From: Vicugna vicugna
Lineage: Eukaryota
Length of the DNA: 62,000 bases
Direction: 5' to 3'
Assembly: GCA_013265495.1 (NCBI GenBank)
Contig: MU058714.1
Span: 868,001 to 930,000 of the forward strand
This document shows positions 11,890 to 24,440 of the stretch, piece after piece. Both the position numbers and the translations under genes were made by a program. The stretch's first letter is position 1. Each line of letters begins with the position of its first letter. The notes below the pieces were generated by a model. The model saw only the letters and a program-made list of their open reading frames with translations, was not told the DNA's origin and ran no database searches.

Positions 11890-12200
11890 GATGGGAGCTG
11901 CTCCAGGGTTTAGCAGGGGAAGGTCAGGCACAGATCTGTGCTTTGAAAGGTCGTTTTGACTGTGGCTGGGGTGGAGGGTTTGGTGAGGAGTGACTGCCGA
12001 GGGAGGACCACCAACTGGGGGGGTGTCATGGTAACCCAGGTGAGGGCCACCAGGGCCGGAGGAGGGCGGGGACCAGGGCAGAGACTCCGCTGCTGCTGGA
12101 AGGTGGAATCCAGCGGGTCTGGTTGGGGGGGCAGCGGGGTCCCTGGCAGGCAGTCTCTCGCTTTGCACCTGAGGTGTCTGAGCTCCCCGTGGGTGTTGTC
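11890..12200 (-). mobile_element. LINE-2 fragment
   Basis: cagatctgtgctttgaaagg and ccaggtgag motifs typical of reverse-oriented L2. Confidence 0.5.
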
Positions 12201-14059
12201 ATGTGAGGCTCTGGCGCCACACAGGCACAGCTACGTGGATTTTTTTAACCTACTTTAAAAAATGTGCCGTGTTCCATTTTGAACGCTGTGCTGTGGAGGA
12301 GTCCTGGAATGGAGAAGGACGCTTCCTCCTCGTCATTGCCTTGTGGGATGCTGAGGCCAGCGCTCTGGTGGCTGCCGCCCTGGGTTTCTGAGCCTCGTCC
12401 TGCCCGGGCCACCGCCGGCGGCATGCGGTGGGCCCCCATGCTTGTTCCCATGGGCCTCCCGTGCCCGTTCCCGTGGCCCCCCCGGGCCCGTTCCCGTGGG
12501 CTCGAGGGGGCAGTGCTTTCTTTCTGTAAGGCTGATTCAATACATAGAAGAGGCCACTCCAGCGACTATGTGGCATGATGTGCTGATGCCTTGTCCTGTC
12601 CTTGGGCCTTAAATGTGCCGGGTGGGTCCGGCTCTGCCGAGAGCGTCGTGCAGCTGAGCGGAGAGGCGACGGCTGAGGAGAGGCGGCCGATGGCGACAAG
12701 TTGAGCTTGGCTGCCATCGGTACGCTTTCCACATGGGTCTTCTGCTCTGGACGGCAACTCTTCAGTTTTTTAGTGTTGAAACCACTTAGACTTACAGAAC
12801 AGTTGTAAGACTGGTGTCATCAAGTCCCATAGCCCATGTTCCGGATCCACCATTTTTCACCTCTGGCCTCGCTCACTGTTTTCATCATCCCAAACTAAAA
12901 CTCTGCCCCGTTAAACACTAACCCCCACCAGCCCCTGGTCACCGCCGCCCTGTGTGTCTCTGGGTTTGTTGACCTTGACATTCTGAAGGGCACAGGCGGC
13001 TGCCTGGTGGCGGGCCCTCCAGCTGGGTCTGCCCGGTGTGCCCGCCTCAGGCCTCAGGCGGAGTCCTGTGCGTTGTCTCAGAAAGCGCACTGCGTTGTTG
13101 GTGTGTCACTGTCGTCGCTCACTTGATCAGCAGGGCCTCTTCAAGCTGCCATCAGTGCCCTTTGACGCCCCCGCTTTGAACACTTCTCAGCTCTCAGGTG
13201 CAATGAGGTGTTCCTGCTCGCCTTGCCTTTCCCTGCCTCGGCCTGGAATCCGCCTTTCCTCCAGTGGCCCCCATTTCCTTTTGGGGGAGGATGGAGTTTA
13301 GACGCAGGACCTGGCACTCAGTGTGCTCGCGGTGGCTGGTGTGCCATTTTGGCAGAGAAGGGAGGCGGGGACATCCGCGTCCGGCTGTATTTATTTCCTA
13401 AGCTGTGCTTTGTACCGTGATGCGCAGGGGCATCTCTGTGCTGGTGGCCACGCCTGGCCCCGCCTCCTCTGTCCCCATTTCCAGGTGTGTCACTTCCTTC
13501 CCAGCAGTGGGAACCTGGCTCCTGTGTCCTCACTGAGCCCCTCGAGGGAAGGCACGGGTTTCTGAATTGCTCACGCCCAGCCCTTGGGGAGGGAAAGGCT
13601 CACGACCCCTTTCACTGTGGTTCGAGGCGAACGTTACCTGCAGGGAAGCACGCAGGCCGCAGCTGTTAGTGTGCACTCCCTGAAAGCAAGTCTCAGTGAT
13701 TCTGTGTTTTGTGGGGAAATAATGGTTCTTACGAGCACTTTGTGCCATTTACACACGTGGCACTGAGCCTGGGGCGGTGGGGGCTCTGAGGAGACTTGAG
13801 ATGTGGGTGTGGCCCATGAGGAATTTAGTTAGAGAAAAAGTTCAGTGAAAGCACAGGCGGGAGTTACGTCCCTGCACCTGAGTCACAAGGAAGTGGTTTA
13901 GGAGTTCTCTGCGGGGTTTGGATACCGGGTGCTGGGCCGAGCCCTGGGCTGTGTGCAGTAGGGGGTTCCTGACCAGCGGGTGAGTGTGTGCGGGTCTAAC
14001 GGTGGGGGTAGGGGAGGCGAAAGAGTAGTGAAGTTGCAAAAAGCTGATTTAAAGACTCA

Positions 14060-14680
14060 GCTGGTAGTTTTGAGTGCCTCTCTGTGCCAGGCACTGTGCT
14101 AAGTGTTGGCGACTCATTGGTGAATAACTCCTGCTTTTAAGGGCTTTACCGGTTTTGGGGAAGATGGGTTGACCCACGGCTGGAGGCCGGGTGTTGGGGT
14201 GGTGGTGGCTGCAGGTGGAGTGGGGAGTAGGCCTCCTGGAGGGTGGGCACACTGAGCTGGTACCTGGGAGAGGAGAAATGACCTGGGCAGAGGAGGGAGA
14301 GGAACCAGGTGCACAGGTGGGGAGGTGAGAGAACCGGGCTCTGGGGGCTGCTCCCCCCGCCCTCCCTGGGGCCCCGCGCCCCCGCCCGTGTGGCCACCTC
14401 GGCATGCAGTGTGTCGCCTCACGCACTGGGACAGGGACGTGGTCGTGTTAGTGCTGCATCCCCGGCTTCTCCCGTGTGACCGACTGGCAGTAGGTGCTCA
14501 GTGAGCGTTTGCCGAGCAGAATGCGTGCGCATGGGTGTGAGCGGGCCGGTCCTGACTGCTTTGTGAGGCCCGAGGAATTCGGATTTTGTTGTAAGGACAG
14601 TTAAGGAAGGTTTTAGAGCAGGTCAGTGATGTGCTTGGGGCTGCATTTTAGATGATCCCTTTGGCTGCAGGGGGGAGGGG
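14060..14680. mobile_element. Cluster of LINE-2 fragments
   Basis: tgtgccaggcactgtgctaag (near 14083), taggtgctcagt (near 14491) and ggttttagagcagg (near 14609) are L2 3'-end motifs in mixed orientation. Confidence 0.5.
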
Positions 14681-15949
14681 GATTTCTGTGTGTGCTTATG
14701 TGTGTGAGTCTGCGTGTGTGTGTGTGAGGGGGGTCAGCTCGCCCTGTCGTGGCGCGTGCCTCTGCTCAGCACCATGCTGTGGCCCATCGGGTGACCGGGC
14801 TCCCAGGCTCCCACCGCTGGTCACTCCCTGGTGACGACCGATGGAAATTTCACTCTGCAGTTGTTTTCCCTGGACGTTGGAGGAAGTTTTTCTTAAACAG
14901 AGTTCCCGTGGGGAACGTGGAGGGTGTTGTTTGGTGGCCCCCAGGCCCCATCCCCCAGGTTGCCCTCCATGCCTGCCAGCCACACCCCTTGTCCCCTGGC
15001 CTGCGGGTGTCGGTGACCCGCTGTGCACAGTGAATACCGTTCAGTTTGGTGTTTTCTTGCGTAAAGTCTTTTCCTCTTAAAGTTGATCCGACAAGCAGTT
15101 TAAAGATGTGTCAAAATAAGAGCGCCCGTCAGAACGCTAAGTCAGCCTTCTCCTCCTTCCGGGTTCCCTCTTGGCCCCGGCCTGGGTCCAGATTTAGTGT
15201 CTTCGGGCGACGCTGCTGCAGGGACACAAGATGGCTTCTGTCTCTGCCGTGTTGGGTGTCCTTAGGTCACCAGCTCCGCACTGCTGCCCTGAGTCCGTGA
15301 CCGCGGGGCCCCGAGGGCGGCTGTGCCCGGCCTGGGTGGGCGGGGCTGGCAGACCCCAGTCTGGCCTCAGGGCCTGGCCCCCGATCCCTTCTCCTCGGTC
15401 TCCTGGAAGGGGGTTGCTCCTGGGCCTGCAGGCGTGGATGTTTTCCGTGAACAGTTTTTTTCTTTAAATAAAACTTTGTACTGAAAATGGTCTTAAGTGC
15501 TTGAAAAATATTTTAACATTTTTTTATTAGAGTAACTGAGTCCCTTGAGAAGTTGTTGTTTTCCTTCAGATTATAAAAATAAAAAATCCTTGTAAGATTA
15601 TCTAGAAAGTATGGAAAACACAGCAGTGCAAATACCATTATGTAAACCTTGCTAAGCCCCTGTTAGCGCTCCGGGCGCTCCCCACGTCCGTCTTCCTCTG
15701 CCCCTGCCCCACCACCAGGAGATGCTGTGTGTGTCCCTAAAGGGTTGTTTTCAATGACCTATTTTGATGGCCTTGCCCTTGTGAGGCCTGAAGAGTAACC
15801 ATCAAACCAGCTCTCGGGGAGCCCCTGCTGCGCTCAGCGCTGTCACGGCGACTGGCTCTTAACGTCCTTCTCCCTGTGGGAGCTGAGCGCTGGGCCCCTC
15901 TTGCCGGCGTCGGGCCTTGTCCAGGCTTCCCATGTTGGCAGTCCCCGTA

Positions 15950-16090
15950 GCTCCCAGGCAGCCCTGTGAGCAGGCACTCTCGCGCCCATTCTGTAAACCG
16001 AGGCAGGAGAGGTGCGAGAGCTTGCCGCAGGCCACGCAGCTAGTGGGCAGTGGGGCCTGCATGCGGACCCAGGCCTCGGGCCCCGGCGTC
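15950..16090 (-). mobile_element. MIR SINE
   Basis: cccattctgtaaaccgaggc...cttgccgcaggccacgcagctagtg is a GC-shifted MIR core. Confidence 0.55.
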
Positions 16091-16792
16091 TGCGCCCCCT
16101 GCCGCCCTGCCTGCCGTGAGGACGTGAGTGTTGGTGGCCAGACCTGGGGGACTAGGGCTCCGCTCACGTCTCGGGGCACCCGCTCACTCGTTCACCGACT
16201 GCCGAGCAAGTGCCTCTGCTGTCCCTGCTCCGCCGTGGGAATGAAGGAGCGCGGCCCGGCGTCACCCTGGGGAGGGATCTGCACACACAGACCAGCTCAG
16301 TGCAGCCCATCAGGGTCTGGAGACGTTCAGCTAGCGGTTCAAGGCTGGGCTGGCAGCGGGAGGGGAGGGTGTGGCTGCTCGCTGGTGCGGGGCTTGGGGT
16401 CGGGGCTCAGGAGGAGGGGGGCTTCAGGAGGGGCCGGGCCTGAGCCAACATGGACGCAGGGCCCTTGTTGGCTGTGTGGGTGGCGGCCAGATCAGGAGAA
16501 GGAGGCCTGTGTTTGGATGGGGTGGGAGGCGGTGGCCCGGCCGCAGGCGGCTTGGCCCTTCTCCTTCAGCTGTGAGGTGCGGGGGGGCGGGTGATGACGG
16601 CAGATTTCTAAGATACTTTGTTAAGTTAAAAACAAAGCACACACACATTAAAAAAAAACAAAACCCAAGGCACAGAACAGACTGTTTGGTGTGACCCTGT
16701 TTGTGTTTTTAAGAAGCCCTATACCAAGTGAAAGTAAGTGCTTATCTCTGTGATGTGCACGTGAAGGCGGTGGGAGGCAGGGCTCCGTGGAT

Positions 16793-16978
16793 CGGGGCTG
16801 GCAGACTGACCCGCTGCTGGCGTGTGAGTCAGTCCTGGAGCGCAGCCTTGTCGTTGCTGATGGTCTGTGTTGCCTTCTTGCCGCGGCGGCAAAGGTGAGC
16901 AGTTTGACAGGGACTGTGGCCACAAAGCCTGGACTATTTACCTTGCGGCCCTTCGCAGGAAATCCTGGGTGACCCCCT
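16793..16978. mobile_element. MER58-like hAT-Charlie MITE
   Basis: Ends with ggccacaaagcctggactatttaccttgcggcccttcgcaggaaa...gacccc, like the MER58A terminus. Confidence 0.6.
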
Positions 16979-19655
16979 TCTAGAGAAGCCCTTTCTCCAA
17001 GTCTGGTTTGGCCGTGTGCCCGGGGGCGGCCGCCGGCCCAGGGGATGCTCTCGGTGTTCAGGCAGGTCCCTTGGTTCTGACTGGTTGAACTCGGGTCTTT
17101 CCCACCCTCACCCAGTGGTTCTTGGCCTGGCCTCCCGGAGTCTCGCCGACCGCATGCTCCGCCAGGGCGCGGGGTCCCGTGTCGGTGTCGGGAGCAGCTC
17201 TCTGTGCAGCACCCTCCCCATGGGTCCTGGGGCCACGCTTCCAGCCGCCCCAGCCTCAGGGAACTCGCTTCCTGTCCCTCGGCTCCGGGACCCTCCCCTG
17301 CTCTGCTCGGGGCTCAGGGGTCCGGGCTGCCGCGCTTGCTTGCTCTCTCTCAGGAATCACATTCCGGCGTCGCGAGTCGTTTCATGTCTGAAAAAGTGTT
17401 TTGTGCATCTTGCTCGGCTTTCTAGTGTGTGTGGTGAGAGGACGGGTCTGGTCCTGCCCCCCACCCCCGCAAGCGCAGGCCTCCCACGTGTGGAGCCGAA
17501 GAGCCGAGGAAGACGAGGCGTTGGGGAGAGGAGCGATGCTGGGCTCCGTCGCCTTTCACTCAACGGAGCAGTTGATGGCTGACTCTACAGCTAATAGCCC
17601 TTCTTGCACTGAGCCTTACTTTTCCGCCAGTGGAGTTTCGCTTTCCAACCCAAACATGGCGTTAAAATGTAAGACGGCGTCGGTGAACCAAGGAGTAGCA
17701 CAGGCGAGCGCTTGGAGAGCTGACTTGCGTGCTCCCTGGCACGCCACTCACAGGCCCCGGGTTGGAGAGCTTCCTCCGGTAGCCACGTGTGCACTTCGTC
17801 CGGGCTTTGTAAAGCCAGGTGGGTCAGGGGCTGAAACTGAAATAGTTGCCAAATGTGTAAGAGGACTTAGACGTGAGGCCCTTTCCGGTTTTGGTGCCGC
17901 AGAGCTGCCCCGGGCTCGCTGCCTCGCAGCCCCGCAGCGCAGGGCCTGACCTGCTGCCTTAAGGGTTTGGCTCCTTGTACAGAAACCCGCGTTTGGAGTC
18001 AAGAACCGCTAGAGCCCTGGAAGGAATCATCTGATCGCTCTTTCCTTTTAGCTGTTTTATTTAAGTAGGTCTACTCTGATTTGACTTGATTTTCTTTCTT
18101 TTTAAAAAAAATTACGAGGTTAAGAAGTGCATGAAACATCTATTTATAGTTCAACCAATATTTATAAAAAGCACTCCTGCGTCCCCCTCCCCAGGTCAGG
18201 AAGCAGACCCCTGGAGCACCTGGAGTCCTTGCGGCGCCTTCCCTCCCTCCCTCATTGCAGCTCCTCCCTTTCTGGGTGATCCTCACGTCTTCACTGGCCT
18301 CAGTGGTTTTCCCACCTACGCGTGCGTCTGAAAACCTTTGCCCCGTTGCTGCCGCTCTGGCGGTTATGCGAGTGCTCGGCTACGTTTGTGGGTTTTGGCG
18401 TTGCTGCTTTTCTCAGTGCTACGTGTGTGAGACCCGCCCAGGCTGCTGACTCCATGTGTGGTTGACCCGCCTTCCCTCGGTCGCATTCACGTATTCACGG
18501 CAGAGCACGCACAGCTGGCCCACCCGCCTCCGGGGTGGCGCTGGGATGCGCGTGCTCTCTGTGGTGCAGGTGGGCAGACGCGGGCCAGGGCCAGTGTGTG
18601 GTCTTTTCTCTTTCTTTTTTTAAAGCCTGTTCTGGACCTTTGCCCATATTTTAGTTGAGTTTTTTCCCCTTACTGATTTTGGGAGCTTTTATCTATTTTG
18701 GGTATTTACTGTAAGTGCCTTTCCATTCTGAAGCTCATCTTTCTGCTTTCTTCGTGGGTCTTTCGGCATCTCAGTTTTGACGCCGTCAGATTTGTCACTC
18801 TTTCTCTCTCATCTTTGTGCTCTTTTCCATCCTGGCTCAGAACTTCCTCCTTGCCCGCTTCCCTGGTAGCGAGGGTGATCGCCTGTCCTGTCGGGAAGGC
18901 TGCGGGCGCCCCCCTCCCCGAACGGGCCCTCGGCGCACGTTGCGTGTGATCTGTGCAGGGGTCTGGTGTTCTTTCTTCCTTCTCCCACGGAGAGAGCTAG
19001 TTGTCTTGGTGAGTTTTGCTGGGGAGCTCCCCCTGCCCCTCGGCTGCAGGCTCTGTCATGTGTCCAGAGTCCCTGTCAGCGCGGGTCCGTCGGGGCCCCT
19101 GCTCTCTCCGGCGGTCGCCCTGCAGCGCCCCTACGTCTTCAGCGCAACTCTCCGGGAGTTGAGCGGGCGGAAGCCTCACGCGCGTTTCCTCCGAGAGCAC
19201 CTGGCTCTGTTGCTCTGCTCTCCACGGGAGTTAAGAATTAGCCTGCGGGCTCAAGGACAGGGTTTGCTGGGTGTGTGCCCGGGATTGCACAGGGCCTGTG
19301 TATCAGTCGGGGGATCCGACGTCTTCACAAAATTGAGTTCCCGTCCACGAACGCGGTGCGTCTTCGTGTGTTTAGGCGGGTCTTTGTGAACGTCCCCACA
19401 ACGGTTACACACTTGCCCTGTGCAGATGTTGCCTGTCTCTTGTTCATTTTCTTTCAGGTACGTGATGGCGTCTTGATGCTGTCCTAAACAGCACCTTGTG
19501 AAAATCTCATTTTTATGCTGTTGTGTATGTTTTTTGTGCGTGTGTATAGAACGTAGTTAATTTTTATACACAGCACTGGCAGCATCTCCCGTCGCATCAG
19601 GAGCCCGCGGGCACGGCTTCCCGGAGGCTGCTGGGGAGGGGGTGTGCAGGTGGGG

Positions 19656-19680
19656 TGTGTGTGTGTGTGTGTGTGTGCGC
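19656..19680. repeat. (TG)n microsatellite
   Basis: About 11 TG units directly visible. Confidence 0.9.
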
Positions 19681-20049
19681 ATTTCTTACTGGTTTCACAC
19701 CGTTCTAACCACAAGGCCACTTGACAGCTGCTCATCCCACAGATCAGAAGGGTCACAAGAACCCCAGCAGGCAGCCAGGCTTCTCCATTCTCCTTGCCTG
19801 GGTACATTTCCGGGGAATCGGTGCTGTAAGTCAGCCCACCTCAGCTCAGGCGCCTCCTTCGTGGCCCCGGGGGTTCGGGCCTCATGGTAACTCTTGCGCC
19901 GTGGAGAAGGACCCTTCAGCGTTGAACTGTCTGTCCCATGAATGCATGAGAGGACCTGCCAGGGAAGCCACACAGTCCTGAAGTTCTCTTTGTAAAAAGA
20001 GTTTTTAAAAGTTGTGATTTAGGTTTTTAAATGGTATCCCCCCCAATTC

Positions 20050-20832
20050 TTGTTTGTTTGTTTGTTTGTTTTTTAACTGCAGTATTGTCAGTTTGCAATG
20101 TTGTGTCAGCTTCTGGTGCGCAGCATCGCGGTTCAGACACACGTATACGTGCACGTACTCCTTTTCATGTTCTTTTTCGTACAGGCTGCTACCAGATACT
20201 GAATGTAGTTCCCTGTGCTCCACTGTGGGAACTTACTGTTTATCTGTTTTATATATGGTCGTCAGTACCTACAAATCTCGAACTCCCAATTTATCCCTCC
20301 CCACTCCATTCCCCAGCCCTGGTAACCATAAGTTTCTATGTCTGTGAGTGTCTCTGTTTTGTGAATAAGTTCGTTTGTGGGCTTTTTTTAAGATTCCACA
20401 TATGAGCGATGTCATATGGTATTTATCTTTCTCTTTCTGGCTTCCTTCACTAAGGATGACCATCTCCAGGTCCATCCATGTTGCTGCAAATGGCATTATT
20501 TTTATTCTTTTTCATGGCTGAGTAGTACTGTATAAATACACCACAACTTCTTTATGCACTTGTCTGTTGATGGGCATTTAGGTTGCTTCCATGTCTCGGC
20601 TGTTGTAAATAGCGCTGCTATGAACATTGGGGTGCGTGTATCTTTATGAATTGAGGTTCCCTCTGGATATGTGCCCAGAAGTGGGATTTCTGGATCATAT
20701 GGGAAGTCTGTTTTTAGTCTTTTGAGGAATCTCCATACTGTGTTCCGTAACAGCAGCACCAAACTGCATTCCCACCAGCCGTGTAGGAGGCTCCCTTTTC
20801 TCCACACCCTTTCCAGCATCTATCGTTTGCAG
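20050..20832 (-). mobile_element. 5'-truncated LINE-1 (ORF2 C-terminus plus 3' UTR)
   Basis: Minus-strand ORFs 20502-20819 and 20269-20496 give L1 ORF2p text ([39 protein letters not shown]); (GTTT)n/T-rich tail at the left end. Confidence 0.95.
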
Positions 20833-20869
20833 ACTTTTTCTTACTTACTTACTATTTTTATTACTTATT

Positions 20870-21155
20870 TTTCTTCTGGTTTTATTGAGATGTAACTGGC
20901 AGTCAGCCCTGTATGTTGCACAGCATCGTGGTCTGACTTACATCCATCATCACAGTAAGTGAGTGAACATCCATCATCTCATATAGGTTAAAATTAAAGA
21001 AATAGAACAGACACTTCCTTGTGATGAGAACGCCTATGATCTACTCTCCCAACAGCTTCCATGCATATCGCACAGCAGTGTTAGCCGTGTTTATCATGTT
21101 GTGCGTCGCATCCCCAGCACTCGTTTACCTTACAACTGGAAATTTGCACCTTTCG
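20870..21155 (-). mobile_element. Older L1 3' end (L1MA9-like)
   Basis: ttttattgag...gtgatgagaacg...cttacaactggaaatttgcacc matches older L1 3' UTRs. Confidence 0.6.
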
Positions 21156-21159
21156 GTTT

Positions 21160-24100
21160 TTTTCTAAGTCAGTTTCAGTAAGTCATATGTTCAGGGGATT
21201 TTGCCCATCTCTTCTAGGTTTCTGTTCGTCATGCTCTTCTGTAGGCCCGTGGTGATGCGCCCTCGCCATCCCCGACACGGAGTGTGTGCCTGCCTGCCCT
21301 CTCTTCTCAGCTCTGGCCGGACGACGGCCCGTTTCCAGTCCTGCAAGTAACCAGCTCCCGGCTTTGGTGAAGCTCCGTAGTTAGCTTGCTGATGCTTCCT
21401 TCCTTCACTTAAAAGTCTTACCTCCTTTTTTCTGCTTTACTTGGGTGAATTTTGTTGCCCTTTCCCCTGTTCTTCAGGGGGAGATTCTTGAGCTGGACAC
21501 TTAGCTTGTCAGTTTCCAATCATTTGTCTTTTCTAATACAGGCATTTTGTAAATACCTAAATTATAAATTATAATATGTAAATTAAATGCTTAGCTGCAT
21601 TTAACAAGTTCTGACAGGTGGTGTTTTTGTTATTGTTCAGCTCAAATTTTCTAAATTTCACTATGACTTCATTATGAGCTTTTAAGAAGAGTGCTTTGTC
21701 ATTTTTAAATGTAGAGGACTTTTCCTAGGATTGGTTTTTGGTGTCTTGCTCGATTGCATTTTGAGCAGGGGACACGTGCATGGTTGCAGCAGGCGGTAAT
21801 GGGCACAGGGCGTCTGTGGGGAGCTGCTTTCATCACCCCCTCGTGTGAACGGCACCCCCTCGTGTGGTGGGTCCTGCGACTTGCACGACTCTGAGTGTGC
21901 GTGCGTGCGTGTGTGTGTACACACTCCAGATCTCAGTCCTTTGAAATTTGTTGAGCTTTGCCTTTGGAGCTGCACACGGTCAGCTGCGGTTGGTGTTCTC
22001 CATGTCCTTGACCGTAATGTGTATCTGTAACCGCCACGTTCTGTGTGTGAGCGTGGAGTCAGTTATTTTATTTGTCGTGTATAAATCGTTTGCATCTTTA
22101 CTGAGTTTTTTGACTTCTATCAATAACCGAGAGAAGTGTATTAAAACCTCTCACCATGATTGTCAGTATGTCAGATTCTCCTTATGCTCTATTTGTGCTT
22201 CATTTATATTTTGAGGCTGTTTTTTATGTCACACGAACTTAAAACTGTGTGTCTTCTCGGTGAATGGGAGTCTGTGTTGCTGTGAAGTCGCTGTCTGCAC
22301 CGCCGGGACTGTGCTTTGCTTTAACCTGCACTATGTTTCATTAGTAGAGGCACGTCGTTTTCTCTTGCTCAGTGTTTGCACTGTTGCTTTCGTTCCTTTT
22401 GCGTATGTTAACCTTTCTTTTCAACCTCATGTTTTTCACGTCTCTGGTAAACAGCTTGTAGTCGGGGTAAAAAAAGTCTAGTTTGACCATTTTTATCTCT
22501 TAATTGGAGCATTTAGACAGTTTACATTTTATTTGGGCTGAAGTCTTTCATCTTGTTTTGTGTTTCCTGTTTTTCCCACTTGTACTCTTTTTTACCCCAT
22601 GCCTTTCTATGGATTGAAAATATTTACTATTTAATTTCTTCCCTTTTACTATCTTTGAAGTAACATAATGTTTTTCTCTTCTTGTAATAGTTCCCTAGCA
22701 ATTACAGTAGGAATACTCAAAAGAAAAAAGTATGAAGTTAATCAGGACCTTTCATATTTTTCTGGACAAAGTAAGACTTCAGAAAATCCACCTAACCTTT
22801 TGTTTCTTACATGTTAGTATTGTTACATATTTTATTTCTTTTTTTTTTAACACAAGTGGTTATTATTCTTGTTTATACAGCCAGCGTTCTTTTAGATTAA
22901 TGCACATTTATGAGTTTTGGCTCTCATTCCTTTTGGCTCTCAGACCTTCCATATGGGATCACTCTTATTTATTTATTTATTTTTTGCTTTTTTTTATTGA
23001 TTCATAATCATTTTACAGTGTTGTGTCAAATTCCAGTGTTCAGCACAATTTTTCAGTCATTCATGGACATATACACACTCATTGTCACATTTTTTTCTCT
23101 GTGATTTTTCATAACATTTTGTGTATATTTCCCTGTGCTATACAGTGTAATCTTGTTTATCTATTCTACAATTTTGAAATCCCAGTCTATCCCTTCCCAC
23201 CCTCTACCCCCCCCCCCCCGGTAACCACAAGTCTGTATTCTCTGTCCATGAGTCTATTTCTGTCCTGTATTTATGCTTTGTTTTTGTTTGTTTTTGTTTT
23301 TTAGATTCCACATATGAGCGATCTCATATGGTATTTTTCTTTCTCTTTCTGGCTTACTTCACTTAGAATGACATTCTCTAGGAGCATCCATGTTGCTGCA
23401 AATGGCATTATGTTGTCGGTTTTTATGGCTGAGTAGTATTCCATTGTATAAATATACCACATCTTCTTTATCCAGTCACCTGTTGATGGACATTTAGGCT
23501 GTTTCCATGTTTTGGCTATTGTAAATAGTGCTGCTATGAACATTGGGGTGCAGGTGTCATCCTGAAGTAGATTTCCTTCTGGATACAAGCCCAGGAGTGG
23601 GATTCCTGGGTCATATGGTAAGTCTATTCCTAGTCTTTTGAGGAATCTCCACACTGTTTTCCATAGTGGCTGCACCAAACTGCATTCCCACCAGCAGTGT
23701 AGGAGGGTTCCCCTTTCTCCACAGCCTCTCCAGCATTTGTCATTTGTGGATTTTTGAATGACGGCCATTCTGACTGGTGGGGATCACTCTTATTTTGACT
23801 GAAAGATTTTAGGATTTTCCCTCATCAGGGTCTGCCAGTGCCACGTTCTCTTGGTTAATCTGAAGATGTCTTTATTTAGCCCTGATTCTTACAGGCTACC
23901 TTTCCCAGGTGTGGAATCCTAGGCTGGCACTTCCTTCCAGCACTGTGAAGCGGTCATTCCAACGCCTCCTGCGTCTGCTGTGGCTTAGACGCCGCCAGGC
24001 AGGTGCTGAAGTCCTTCCCCCACGTTGTTGAAACGAGTCAGATTTATTCGCACCCTCTTTTCCATCTTCCTCTTCCATATTTTCTAAAATTTTTGTCCTT

Positions 24101-24440
24101 CTGTGCTGCACTGTGGACGATTTCTTCCTTTTTATCAAGTTCACGCAGCCTCTCTTTAGCTACATCTAAGCTGCTGTTTGTCATTTGACGAATTTTTCAC
24201 CTTCCGTGTTCTGGTTCATTCTCTTAATTCAGTGAGTTCTTAATGTTGTTTTTTTTTGTTTGTTTGTTTTAAAATTTTTAGAATTTTATTTGGTTTATTA
24301 CCAGGTCACCAGAAAAGAATTTCCTGTTCTCTGCAGCTAGTTTCAATTTGCCTTTTTGTTCATTTGAATATATAAGCATGGCATTTTGTTACTGTCTAGT
24401 GTTTCAGTTTGAAGTTCTCTGGGTCTTCTGTTTGCTTATG
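21160..24440 (-). mobile_element. Highly decayed ancient L1 body (interrupted by the young L1 at 22971-23779)
   Basis: T-rich antisense L1-like text (ccttgaaatttgttgag-like, ttggagcatttagacagtttacattt, tctgaagatgtctttattt). Confidence 0.55.
22971..23779 (-). mobile_element. Young 5'-truncated LINE-1 with perfect 16-bp TSD
   Basis: Uninterrupted ORF2p C-terminal reading (ORF 23301-23768: [26 protein letters not shown]); TSD GGGATCACTCTTATTT at 22955-22970 and 23780-23795. Confidence 0.97.

Noticed and set aside
23301..23768. L1 ORF2p ORF as an expressed gene
   Set aside because: 5'-truncated retrotransposon fragment with no promoter, endonuclease or RT domain.
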